A DNA stretch of 48,965 nt, the filler included, from Stramenopiles sp. TOSAG23-2 (taxonomy: Eukaryota), in NCBI GenBank assembly GCA_900128395.1. It is 2 parts of 2 records of this genome, joined end to end, with 100 filler letters (N's around TTAATTAATTAA, not from the genome) between each part and the next. Parts side by side here need not be neighbours in the genome. Positions count along the whole stretch, not along the records: positions 1 to 24,433 come from LT649464.1; positions 24,534 to 48,965 come from LT649465.1. The stretch is one strand, 5' to 3'. The translations under genes and the position numbers were made by a program. Positions 22,132 through 32,871 of the stretch are shown one piece after another. Within the stretch, counting starts at the first letter, position 1; each line of letters starts with the position of its first letter. The notes beneath the pieces are model-generated. The model saw only the letters and a list, made by a program, of their open reading frames with translations. It was not told the origin of the DNA and searched no databases.

Positions 22132-22303
22132 ACAAAAAAACACTGGACATCCAATAAATTAGTATAGACGTAGCATTAGGTAAAAAACCATGAAATATAT
22201 ACAACGAGAATAGCACTAAGTGGCAATTTTACCATTTTTATTTTTCACAAAAAAAACACTGGTCATCCAATAAATTAGTATAGACGTAGCATTAGGTAAA
22301 AAA
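22132..22303. repeat. Direct repeat pair (~56 bp) with a 59-bp spacer
   Basis: acaaaaaaa(a)cactgg(a/t)catccaataaattagtatagacgtagcattaggtaaaaaa at 22132-22187 and 22247-22303. Confidence 0.9.
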
Positions 22304-22622
22304 ATCACACTTTTTTTTATTTAAATTACTAGTACTGCTTCTCTATTCATATGTACAGTATGTAAGTGTATATATATATATTATATATTTGTGTTTTGGA
22401 TGTATATATGTATTTATATTTCATTATTTTTTGTATTATATATATTTGTATATGATTTTATCTATTTTAAACTATGATCCGAAAGTATCCGGTTCAAGTG
22501 GGACTTATACATTTTTGTGTCTAGGGAGGTTTCCATTTTCTTTTCTACCGATTCTTACGTTCTATTTGTTTTTTTATTAAACGATAACACTTTATTTTAT
22601 ATTGGATTTTGTCAGCCAATAT

Positions 22623-24433
22623 TTAATATATTATTTCAACGCCATTCCTTTTCATGGACTTTTTCACGGACTTTAACATGTTTTTCGCTTTTTCTTTTAA
22701 ATCCCCCTTATCTTTATCCCAATCGCTGTAATTGCTTTTTAACGTAATACTTTTCAACGAGGTGTTGGCGTTGAATTTTAATGCATCTACTATTGCAATT
22801 ATTCCTGAATAATCACTTTTGAACTCAACTCCTTCTGGACAAAGACTTGTTTTTCTTCCATCTGTATGTCTAAATGGGTTATTGGTATTTGCAATATGTG
22901 TCCATCCACCACCTTTTGACATAAAGAGGTGACTATTTGATAAATCAATAGTTTTCAACGAGGTGTTGAACTTAAGGTCTAATGACAATAATTTACCATC
23001 TACAGGTTGCAAGTGATTCTTCTTTATCTCTGTTTCATCTTCTTTGATTCCACATACAGATTTTAAATTTTCACTTCCTTCAAACGCTATTTTTATTGCT
23101 TCAAATCCTTCCTCGGATATTTGGTTCTTTAACAAGTTAATACTTTTCAATGAGGTGTTGACCTTTATCATTTTTGCCAATTTTATTGCACCTACAGAAC
23201 TAAACAAATTACTTTCTAAATTTAATTCTTCCAACACACAATTCTTATTTTCTTGAATATTTTTTGCAATTATAGTTGCAACTTTATCATTAATTTTACT
23301 ATGTTCTAAACCAATATGTTTCAACGAGGTGTTGACCTTTAGCATTTCTACCAACGATCTTGCACCTTCAGCACCAATTAAATTCTTATTCAACTTAAAA
23401 ATTTTCAACGAAGTATTGACCTTTAGCATTTCTGCCAATGCTTTTGCACCTTCCTCCTCAATGTTTAAATTATGGCCTAAATTTAATTCTTCCAACACAC
23501 AATTCTTATTTTCTTGAATACCTTTTGCAATTGCACTTGCACCTTCATCACCTATGGAATTATCATATAAATTAATAATTTTCAACGAGGTGTTGACCTT
23601 TAGCATTTCTGCCAATGCTTTTCCACCTTCATCCTCAATTGCATTTTTTCTTAAATTTAATTCTTCCAACACACAATTCTCATTTTCTTGAATACCTTTT
23701 GCAATCGCAATTGCACCTTCCTCACGAATCCCCTCTCTGTACCTATTATATAAATTAATACTTTTCAACGAGGTGTTGACCTTTAATGCCTCTGCAATTG
23801 CAATTATTCCATCGAAACATACAATATAATCATCTTCTTCAGCCTTCCAATTTGCACCCTCATGTTCAACTATTTGTCCATTTATATATGGTAAGGTGGT
23901 CAATTGATTCCTTTCTACATGCTTACAAACTAAATTATTACTTGAAAAATTAATATTTTTCAACGAGGTATTGACCTTTAACGCATCTACAATTGCTATT
24001 ATTCCAGTTGCATCATACGTTCCGTTTTTATGGCTATCCAATCCACAAAGTTGATTTTCTGATAAATCAATATTTTTCAACGAGGCGTTGAACATAAGGT
24101 CTAATGCTACTAATTTTCCATCTACAGGTTGTAAATCATCATACGGCTTTGTTTCCAACCAATATTTACCCGAATTACCCGATAAATCTTTTTCTGTTTC
24201 ATCTTCTTTGATTCCACATACAGATTTTAAATTTTCATTTCCTCCAAACGCTATTTTTATTGCTTCTAATCCTTCATTGGCTATTTGGTTCCTTAACAAG
24301 TTGATACTTTTCAACGAGGTGTTGACCTTTATCATTTCTGCCAATGATTTTCCACCTTCATCCTTAATTTCATTACTACCTAAATTTAATTCTTCCAACA
24401 CACAATTCTTATTTTCTTGAATACCTTTTGCAA
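22623..24433 (-). CDS. RNI-like/NLRC3-type leucine-rich repeat protein, 5' end lost in the gap
   Basis: Repeated VLEELNL..N.I..EG..ALAEMLKVNTSLK.INL..N. The frame is open up to the N-run. Confidence 0.9.
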
Positions 24434-24533
24434 NNNNNNNNNNNNNNNNNNNNNNNNNNNNNNNNNNNNNNNNNNNNTTAATTAATTAANNNNNNNNNNN
24501 NNNNNNNNNNNNNNNNNNNNNNNNNNNNNNNNN
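24434..24533. other. Artificial 100-bp contig linker (N44-TTAATTAATTAA-N44)
   Basis: Palindromic 12-mer with stops in all six frames, centred between equal N-runs. The sequences on either side need not be contiguous. Confidence 0.9.
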
Positions 24534-27053
24534 GAGAAATATAAAGCATTAGTTGAAAGCCACAAATCAATGATAGGCATGGTTGCTCACAATAGTATGA
24601 AAGCAGAAAGAGAAGCTGTTGTAAAAAAACTGAAAGTAATGAAAGATATATTTCTTGGGAGTAATGAAGACGCAATGAAAATAATTGTAGAGCAGCTTGG
24701 TACTGGGGCAACAGAAGAGGTCAAATCGTTAGTGGATGTTGCAGTGCAGAAAATCACTACTGTGCAGGATAAACGAGAAAAAGCCACGGAGAGATGGCGT
24801 CAAATTAGACGTATATCGATGCCTCAATTAGAACACAATATGTCTAGAATTACCAACAGATTAGTCGAGCAAAAAAAAAAATCCGATGAATTCAATCAAA
24901 TGCGCGAAGTGATGGCACAACCTGTAACAAGCGCTGATCCTAGAGATGGGCATTTTGTAGAAGATTTTCATAAACACTCGCGTGCTATGCACGATAAATT
25001 TGCCGGGCAATTGAAGGATGCTAAAAAAGAAAATGAGGATTTGAATCAAACGATTGAAGATTTACGAGAGGACATAATTGATAAGAATGTACAAATGGAT
25101 GAATTAAACGCTACGATTACAAAATTAAAGGAAGAAGTAAGAACAAAAAGCGAATTGGAAGATGAAATTGTAATTCTTAAGGAGCAAATTTTAGGCTTGA
25201 ATTCGGAAAAAAAAAGGTTACTTTCGCATCATTCGCAAGAGACTACAAATTTCGAAGTTCAAATAGAAGGATTACGTGCTGATTTGAAACGCAATGAAGA
25301 AAAAATGGCAGAGGTAAATCAAGACGTTGCAGAGTTAACCGAAGAATATAAAAAAAAACAAACTTGAAAAACAAGATATGAAAAAAAGTTACGATGAACA
25401 GCAAAAAGCCATTCGGAATGTACAAATGAAATTATTGAACGCTACAAAGAAAAACGGAAAACGAAGTAGAAGAATGTCAATGGCGGCATTAGATTTACAA
25501 TGGCCGGCAGTTGAGAAAGCGGTGGATGATTTTCTTGATGAGCGGAAAAGGCTGGATAAGGATATCAAACGGAATGAAAATATGAAAAAAGAAGTTGACT
25601 CGACTAAAGCTAGAAATAGAAAGTGGGAACGTGAAATAGATGAAAAAAATGAAAAAACACAACATCAATTAGATGCATTGAAGCACCAACAACGTGAATT
25701 ACGAACCTTAAAAGAAGATTTAGATAATAGACAAGCAACTTTAAAGACGAATGAAGAGAAATATATGGAAAAAGATGTGATACTCAATCATAGAGAGCAA
25801 GATATCATTAAAACAGAAACGCATTTACACAATTTGGAAACTACATTGCAAGAGCAAAGCGAACAAAACGAGGAAGAACAAGAAAAGTTAAGAGCTGATT
25901 TAATGGATTTCCATAAACGCGAGCATAATTTGAAAGTACAATTTCTTAAAGTAGACGCGGCAACTGCAATACAGCGTGTTATAAGACAAGCATTATTACG
26001 CAAAGCCTCTTATAATTCGAAAAAAGTTTTGAAAAAATTAGCAGACGTCGAGGAAAAATCTAAGATAGTTGAAGCTCAGTTAGTTAAACAACGTGAGAAA
26101 AACGAGGATATTCATAGTAAAGAACTTCAATTAAATTTTCTGGAGGAAGATTTGAATAGAAGAAAACATGATATAGATGACCGTCAAGCTAGAATGGAAA
26201 AGTTACAAATCGATTTAAATAAACTTGAAAAGCAAGAGAAAAAGATTCAAGATGACTTAGATAAGCGTACGATGGAAGTTGCATCGGAGCAACAACAATT
26301 AAACGATTGGAGGCAAGACTTAGCAAAAAAAGATGCTGAAAATCGTGATTTGGAAAAACAATTATCAGAATTGAAAATTGAAGTTGATGAGAAATTAAAG
26401 AAACAACAGCAAGACTTTTTAGTTTTGGAACGGGAGAAAACAACATTAGCAGTGGAACGGAGTGCCATTAAAAGCAGAAAACAACAAATCGAAGAAATGA
26501 CTAAGAACAAATTAGCATTGAACGTGGTGAAATTAGAGATTCAAAAGCAAAATTAGGAGCAGTGGAAGTGGCATTGCGTTCTAGAGAAGAATCGGTAGAT
26601 AATAAATTGGCAAAATTAAGCAATATGAAAGTAGATATTGAGGAAAGAGAAGAGAAAGGAAAAGGAATAGCTGCCAAATTATCTCAATTAGAACGTAGAG
26701 AGCATTTATTATCAGAGTCAGAAAATGAATTTTATACAAGGAAAGCGGCAACGTTGGTTAAAAAATACAAAAATGAAATCAACAGTTTAGAAGAGCAATT
26801 AAATGCATCATGTGATTCGGTCACTCGGTACAAAAATAAAAATGCTGCGTTGACAAAGGAATTGACCGACTTAAGAAGGACATTGCAATCAAGTAAAGAG
26901 GAGGAATTTGGCATGTCCAGGGAAACTGCCATGAAAAGCTTAAATGAAGCAAGGTCATTGCTACGATCAATGCAAGATTCCATGCAAGAAAGTTCAAGTA
27001 GAAAAAATTACAAGACTACTCGTATTGCAGAAGTGATAAATGTAGAATTATGA
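24534..27053 (+). CDS. Long coiled-coil protein with one IQ-like motif; 5'-partial, split into three ORFs by two single-base frameshifts
   Basis: E/K/Q/L heptad composition runs through ORFs 24570-25367, 25378-26556 and 26562-27053. Breaks are at an A9 run (25350-25358) and near 26503. Contains AATAIQRVIR. Confidence 0.75.
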
Positions 27054-27828
27054 AAAATTAGAAGAAAAATATAATATAATAGGATTAAGTTACAGTATTT
27101 CAAACCCATTCTAATATAATTAAGGATGTTATTTTATTATATATGTAATAAATATAATATATCTAAAGATACAAACATCTATCCTTAAAACAATCCCTTT
27201 TCTTCTTTTTGGTATTTATTATTTATTATCATACTAGTATTATTTACTATTCAATAATTTACTATCGATAGTCGATTTAGATTAGTGGCTTTTGTGGGCT
27301 ATACCAGGTATTAATATAGCACAATATACCTGGTAGTATAATAATAATAATAATATAAATATTTTATTATTATTGCATGGCACCATGCCATTATTATATG
27401 CATTCCAGGCATTGAAGAATGATAGACTAATCTAACTAATGCACTAATGATGATGCCAGAAAAAATAATAATGCATGCATTATTATTATTATTATTATGA
27501 TGTATTATATTGTTTTTTAAAAACAGAAATATATAGAATCTATTTATTTGGACCACACACTATAATATTAATATATATCATATATTCGTAAATTCTTGGC
27601 ATTGTTTGTTTTTGTAATATAATACAATTATAATTTTTGTTATTTATATTGGTGACATCATACTTTTTTGTTCGTTTGGTTTTTTTTTTGTGCACCACCT
27701 TGTTGTATATATTTTTTTACATTTTTGTATAAGATATTAAAATATATATATATATACGTCAACTGTTTTTTTGTATAATATATTTTTGTCTTTTTTACAA
27801 TAATATAGAAAGAAGAAACAAGAGAAAG

Positions 27829-30800
27829 ATGTATACTATCAAACATAATTTATTATTGCAACTGCATATTTTTCTGATCCTAATTATGCAAATGTATATA
27901 GAAATTAATGGAATTGAAAATAATGTTGGTGTTTTAAATACATGGCTGGTTAGTGGAAACTCAGAGAATGCACTGGATTTAGTATTTTTATCCGAGGGAT
28001 ATACCGATAGAGAAAAAGATAAATTTCTTAATGATGTAAAACGTTTTAAAAAAGAAGGATTCGAAGAAGGGGGGCTGTATTTCAATTATAGTCCATTTTT
28101 TAATTTACACAGTGTCTTTACCCCGTCAAAATTATCAGGTGTTGGTACAAATGGAAGCCCAAAAGATACCGCATATCACCTGTATCGTGATTCAGGTAAA
28201 TTGCGGTCTATACTTCCTGTAGACGATTTTTCATATCCAAAGGCACTAAGGCTTTGTAGAAAACACGCGCCAGAGTGTGATATTGCTGTGATTTTAGTCA
28301 ATGATCCATTTTATGGTGGACTTGGGGACGAAGTAGCGATTTTAAGTGCGTCGAAATCTACAGGTTCGATAGCATTTAGGCATGAACTAGGTCATATATT
28401 GGCTGATATTGGCGAGGAGTATGATGGTGGAGATGATTACAGCGGTGCAAATTTTGCAAAAACAAATAGATTATGTAAAGAAAATGAAAAACCTGAGAAG
28501 AAGGTATTGTTTGATGGTGTTGAACGCATAGAGTGGCCATGTGTACCATGGGGTAAATGGTTGAGCAAACCATTGAAAAGTGGAGAAAATAAAATTACTC
28601 CACAACCTATACGTATGGTATATATGGAACATCCTTGGGCCAGTTTTGATAAAGACGACGATGAACTTCATGAATTAATTTGGAAAAATAAGTTCCACTC
28701 CAAAGGGAAACCGTCATTTTTAAATTTAGAATTTAGTGCATCTGGTATAAGTGGATCTGGAAAAATAAAATTATTTGTTGATGAACATGAAATTGGAGCA
28801 TTAGATTTGCCAAAAGACAATGATCGGCATTTTTTTGAATTTCATACGAAAAATAATGTCGATTTTATGTACAGTGAGGAAGATTCGGAACATGAAATTG
28901 TGATTGCAATTGAGAGTACTGTTAAAGGAAATATAGGCTCCGCATTTCCTAAACACCCACCTCCGATGTTATGTCATATTGGAATTTGGGAATATTTTGA
29001 ACCATTTGACTCAAAGGAAGGATTTATTGGCGCGTTTCCTGTTTATCAAAAGGCAGGTGGGGAAATAATAGGATACCGACCAACTGATAATTCATGTTTA
29101 ATGCGAGAAATGCAATCAAAAAAATTATGCCCAATCTGTAGAGAAGCAATATGGAAACAGCTATTCGCAAAAACACAAATATTGGAATCCATACAATACA
29201 CAGTTGTGTCAAATGATGTGACCATATCATTAAAAACATTACCTTTTAGCATAATGCGTCGTTTGGAAAATGTGAATGCACATGATTCGCTTCAAAATGA
29301 AGAATTTCAAATTCGGTGGGAAAGATGCAATGAAGTTAGTAACAATGTAAGAAGAAAAGCATGGCAACAAAATGCAAATATGTTCTCCATAGATACAAAA
29401 GTTAAAACTGCAATTGGCTGCTGGAAAGTTTATTTACAATTAATATCTGATGAAGTAAGGAACGGAAGAATGCTTCTAGGTGCTAAATTTAATATACCAG
29501 CAAATATGACTTCAAATGCAGTAAAATTTGCAATCATTCCGGCGGATGACAGTTTAAATTTATTAGAAAGTAAAAAGGATAAAAAAATAGGCGATATGCC
29601 TGGAAAAGAAGAAGAGAGGGATGAACTTAATTTGAAGAAGAGAAAGGACATGGCGAGGACGAAACAGCATTTTAGTAATATTGAACAAAAATCTTCAAAA
29701 AAAGATAAACATGTTGTATCAATATTAAAACAGGAAAAAGTAATTGCAGTACAATCTAAAAAATCAAATTTTGGTATATATCTGGTTTATAAAGTTGATT
29801 TTTGTGTAGTAGCAACTATTTTGATATTTTATTTGGTTGGTGGTTCAAAAATTCGAAGTTTAATCAGGCGAAATAATATCGTTCTAATATTTTTATTTGT
29901 ACTTGTCCATGTAAGTTTGATTGCTTTTTATCAATATGAAATTGAAAATCAACCATACCAATCATCTGTCTTAGTACAAAATGTTAAAAACAACCAAAAC
30001 CAACAACATATTACAAATAAAAAAAAAATAGAAATACAAAGATTACCAACAAAGAAAGTTGTAAATGCTGTACAGAAACATGAAAGTAAGCAATTGCAAG
30101 GAGATAAAAAAGATATACAAGATCAAAAAGAAGAAAAAGTCCCTACTTCAAATAAATTAAATGATATGATTAAGACCAACACAATAAATTTAGCAAAGAC
30201 CATACGTCGAGAGAAATGTAAAAGTGCACATTATGGACCAGAGAAATTAGTTGATGAAGATGGTTACATTTGTCCGCTGGTATTAGCTGATTTTACCAAT
30301 GGTTGTTGCCCACGACAGACTAGTTCATTATTATTGAAGAAAAAAGCAATATCAAAACGATATCAATGTAATAATTGTCACAAAAAAATGCAATGTTGCA
30401 AAGAATATGAGACTTGTATATCTTGTTGTATTGGCAAACTTGAGGAAGAAAAAGAACAAAATGGCAATAATGATAAGAGCACAATCAAGAATGCAAAAGA
30501 TAATATGGATAAAACGAAACCAATAGAATTAGTTTATGATGGAATTAAAATTTTTAAACCACCCCAATGCTATGATGAAAATCCATTTATTAAATGCCAA
30601 TGTAGATGTAAAACACATAGTCAATTGTCAAGGCATGAAAATTCATATAGAACACCTTGGCATTTTTGTTATCACGAGACCCCACCCTCACGTCCACCAT
30701 ATGAATTAATAATAGCCAATCGTGAGGAATCGTGTGTATCAGCTTGTCATCGTCATCAAGGTATGATATGTGAAGACCATGATCTAGTAGCGATTAATAA

Positions 30801-30981
30801 TTGTGCATATTTAAAGAAAACATTTTCATGTAAATCGTGTAACGGGAATCGAGGTAGTGATCAACCGGCATTTAACCCAAAAGAAAAATCATGTCTCTTT
30901 AACAATAATTTACAATACATAAGTTGTTCTGGGCAACATAAGGATACTAAACGGTTGTGCCCGTGCAGAAAACCATGGTAG
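27829..30981 (+). CDS. M64 (IgA-peptidase-like) metallopeptidase fused via two TM helices to a SPRING1/UPF0454-like Cys-rich domain and a GnT-V C-terminal-like Cys domain
   Basis: Signal peptide; DLVFLSEGYT, YGGLG, FRHELGHILADIGEEY, YRPTDNSCLMR..LCPICREAI (M64); VDEDGYIC..NGCC..C..C..CCKEYETCISCC..C.CRCKT..RHENSY..FCY (SPRING-like); ESCVSAC..INNC..DQPAF..SCSG.H..RLCPC. Confidence 0.8.
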   Translation: MYTIKHNLLLQLHIFLILIMQMYIEINGIENNVGVLNTWLVSGNSENALDLVFLSEGYTDREKDKFLNDVKRFKKEGFEEGGLYFNYSPFFNLHSVFTPSKLSGVGTNGSPKDTAYHLYRDSGKLRSILPVDDFSYPKALRLCRKHAPECDIAVILVNDPFYGGLGDEVAILSASKSTGSIAFRHELGHILADIGEEYDGGDDYSGANFAKTNRLCKENEKPEKKVLFDGVERIEWPCVPWGKWLSKPLKSGENKITPQPIRMVYMEHPWASFDKDDDELHELIWKNKFHSKGKPSFLNLEFSASGISGSGKIKLFVDEHEIGALDLPKDNDRHFFEFHTKNNVDFMYSEEDSEHEIVIAIESTVKGNIGSAFPKHPPPMLCHIGIWEYFEPFDSKEGFIGAFPVYQKAGGEIIGYRPTDNSCLMREMQSKKLCPICREAIWKQLFAKTQILESIQYTVVSNDVTISLKTLPFSIMRRLENVNAHDSLQNEEFQIRWERCNEVSNNVRRKAWQQNANMFSIDTKVKTAIGCWKVYLQLISDEVRNGRMLLGAKFNIPANMTSNAVKFAIIPADDSLNLLESKKDKKIGDMPGKEEERDELNLKKRKDMARTKQHFSNIEQKSSKKDKHVVSILKQEKVIAVQSKKSNFGIYLVYKVDFCVVATILIFYLVGGSKIRSLIRRNNIVLIFLFVLVHVSLIAFYQYEIENQPYQSSVLVQNVKNNQNQQHITNKKKIEIQRLPTKKVVNAVQKHESKQLQGDKKDIQDQKEEKVPTSNKLNDMIKTNTINLAKTIRREKCKSAHYGPEKLVDEDGYICPLVLADFTNGCCPRQTSSLLLKKKAISKRYQCNNCHKKMQCCKEYETCISCCIGKLEEEKEQNGNNDKSTIKNAKDNMDKTKPIELVYDGIKIFKPPQCYDENPFIKCQCRCKTHSQLSRHENSYRTPWHFCYHETPPSRPPYELIIANREESCVSACHRHQGMICEDHDLVAINNCAYLKKTFSCKSCNGNRGSDQPAFNPKEKSCLFNNNLQYISCSGQHKDTKRLCPCRKPW

Positions 30982-31413
30982 TTATGCATGTGTATATGTA
31001 TCATACGAGAAAGAAGAAACACGTGTATGGAGAAATATGACACATATATTTGCATATCATCTATCAATAGTGTGTGTGGAAGTTTTATACGGTATGCTAT
31101 CAGGTACGAAGTGTTCGTACGACATTAAAATTTTTACAAATAATTGTACGCGTCAATATCTTACTGAAGAATGAAGAATCGTTTTTCATGTATTCGAGAG
31201 ATTAATTAAATCAATACTACTCTAGAATTTAATTTATACACTCACACACCGCAAAAATTTATTTTATTTTTACGAACTTGTACGAGTCGTAATATTTACT
31301 CACATGTGATTAATTTCCTACTCTTCAAAAATCTACGTTCGTAAGAAATTACAACAATAACTGAGGCGCAGTAATATCTATCTCACACTATAGGGCTTTC
31401 TCCCCTATAAAAA

Positions 31414-32871
31414 TTACAACTCACTTATGTTCATAACACTACTAGTATTATCATGGATATCACTTAAGATACGAATTTCATCAATATTACCCCCGTTAAT
31501 ATTGCTACTACTATTATACGAGGCGTAATTATCTTTTTCCTCATAATTATTTTTATGCCCATTGTTTAAACTATTCATTGTGACTGACAGATTTAATGAG
31601 TTTGTTTTATTTTCCAGCACAATTTGTTTCATACTTTGTTGAAATTTATCTAAATAATTGAAATAATCCAATTCATTTGGCTGTTTATTAAATAAAACAG
31701 CCGCATCTTTATCATTCGTTTCATTTGGAGCTATGAAGCTTTGTAATCCTTTTCTATTTGAAGCGACTTGAATAGTATCAGCTTTATAATTCCTGTTGGT
31801 AGAATATTGCTTCTTTTTATTTTTGGTTTTATCATTTTTGTTCAAATTTATTTGCGATAATGTTGTATAAAATGACTTCGCCTCATTCTTTTCTTCGTGT
31901 TGATTCAAAGGAATGCTTTTAGCAGCCGACAGAACCGCATCAAATTCAAACATCGCATTTCCAGGCATAGAAATAAGCTCTTTTTCAGCTGGGTGAAGTT
32001 CTTGAACCTCTTTTAATTTTTTTAAGTTATTAGTTTGTACACGACTGAGATCATCAATTTGAACTTCATGGAATTTTTCTAACCTCTCTATTTCTCGACT
32101 TTGTCCCGCTTTTAAATATTTAAGTTCTTGTTCTAAATGGATGATCCTTATTTTTTGCCCCGCGACAATTTTTTCAAGCTGCATAGCTTTTGTTCGCCAA
32201 CGCTTTGTACTTTGCTCTATTATGATATTTTTTGTACTAGTAAACTGATTTTGTCTATTGGAGTTGTCGTCTTTCATTTCATGTGTTTGTTGTAAATAAT
32301 AATTATTATTACTTTTATCCTCTATATTGTCACTTTTTCGATAATTATGACTTTGTTGATGATTGTGTGTTTCATGTTGGTTATGTGAATGGCTATAATT
32401 GCTATTATTGGTATCGTGGTGATTAGCTTTCGACATTTCTCCTAATGTTTCAAGATACGAGGAATGAATATGATGTTCCTCTTGCGAATTTCTATGTCCT
32501 TCATTGTTTTTAGTTATATTTCTAGTATTGCTATTATTATTTACATTGTGATTGTTACCCAAATGTATATGTTTTCGGTAATGTTTCTTTTGATATTTTA
32601 CTTTACTTTCCGCTTGAAAATTCTTTAGCACATCAGGTGCATTTTTATTAAATGGAAAGCTAAAATCCTTTTCAGTTGTCATTTGTTTTACAAGATTTTT
32701 GGCATATTTGTTTCTTAAACGCTGCCACGTTAAAACAGTGGTAGGCTCATCTAGCTTTTTCAACCAATTTTTAACACGAACTTGACGTCTTCTATGAATA
32801 TTCGGCTTTAACTTTACAATTTTCTTTCGTGTTGTTTCATATTCGTGGTCTAATTTATGCGATAAAGACAT
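31414..32871 (-). CDS. DUF4485 (CEP112 N-terminal-like) protein with coiled coil
   Basis: RVKNWLKKL..WQRLRNKYAKNL..FPFNK.AP. First ATG is at 32871. Confidence 0.75.
   Translation of the reverse strand: MSLSHKLDHEYETTRKKIVKLKPNIHRRRQVRVKNWLKKLDEPTTVLTWQRLRNKYAKNLVKQMTTEKDFSFPFNKNAPDVLKNFQAESKVKYQKKHYRKHIHLGNNHNVNNNSNTRNITKNNEGHRNSQEEHHIHSSYLETLGEMSKANHHDTNNSNYSHSHNQHETHNHQQSHNYRKSDNIEDKSNNNYYLQQTHEMKDDNSNRQNQFTSTKNIIIEQSTKRWRTKAMQLEKIVAGQKIRIIHLEQELKYLKAGQSREIERLEKFHEVQIDDLSRVQTNNLKKLKEVQELHPAEKELISMPGNAMFEFDAVLSAAKSIPLNQHEEKNEAKSFYTTLSQINLNKNDKTKNKKKQYSTNRNYKADTIQVASNRKGLQSFIAPNETNDKDAAVLFNKQPNELDYFNYLDKFQQSMKQIVLENKTNSLNLSVTMNSLNNGHKNNYEEKDNYASYNSSSNINGGNIDEIRILSDIHDNTSSVMNISEL

Noticed and set aside
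24478-24489. Perfect palindrome TTAATTAATTAA
   Set aside because: Artificial six-frame-stop linker between N-runs.
3130-26560. Stop-codon reassignment or Euplotes-like programmed frameshifting as the cause of split ORFs
   Set aside because: Conserved genes (RPT3, PTH2, calpain, NEK) translate intact with the standard code. The breaks are frame changes with no shared motif.
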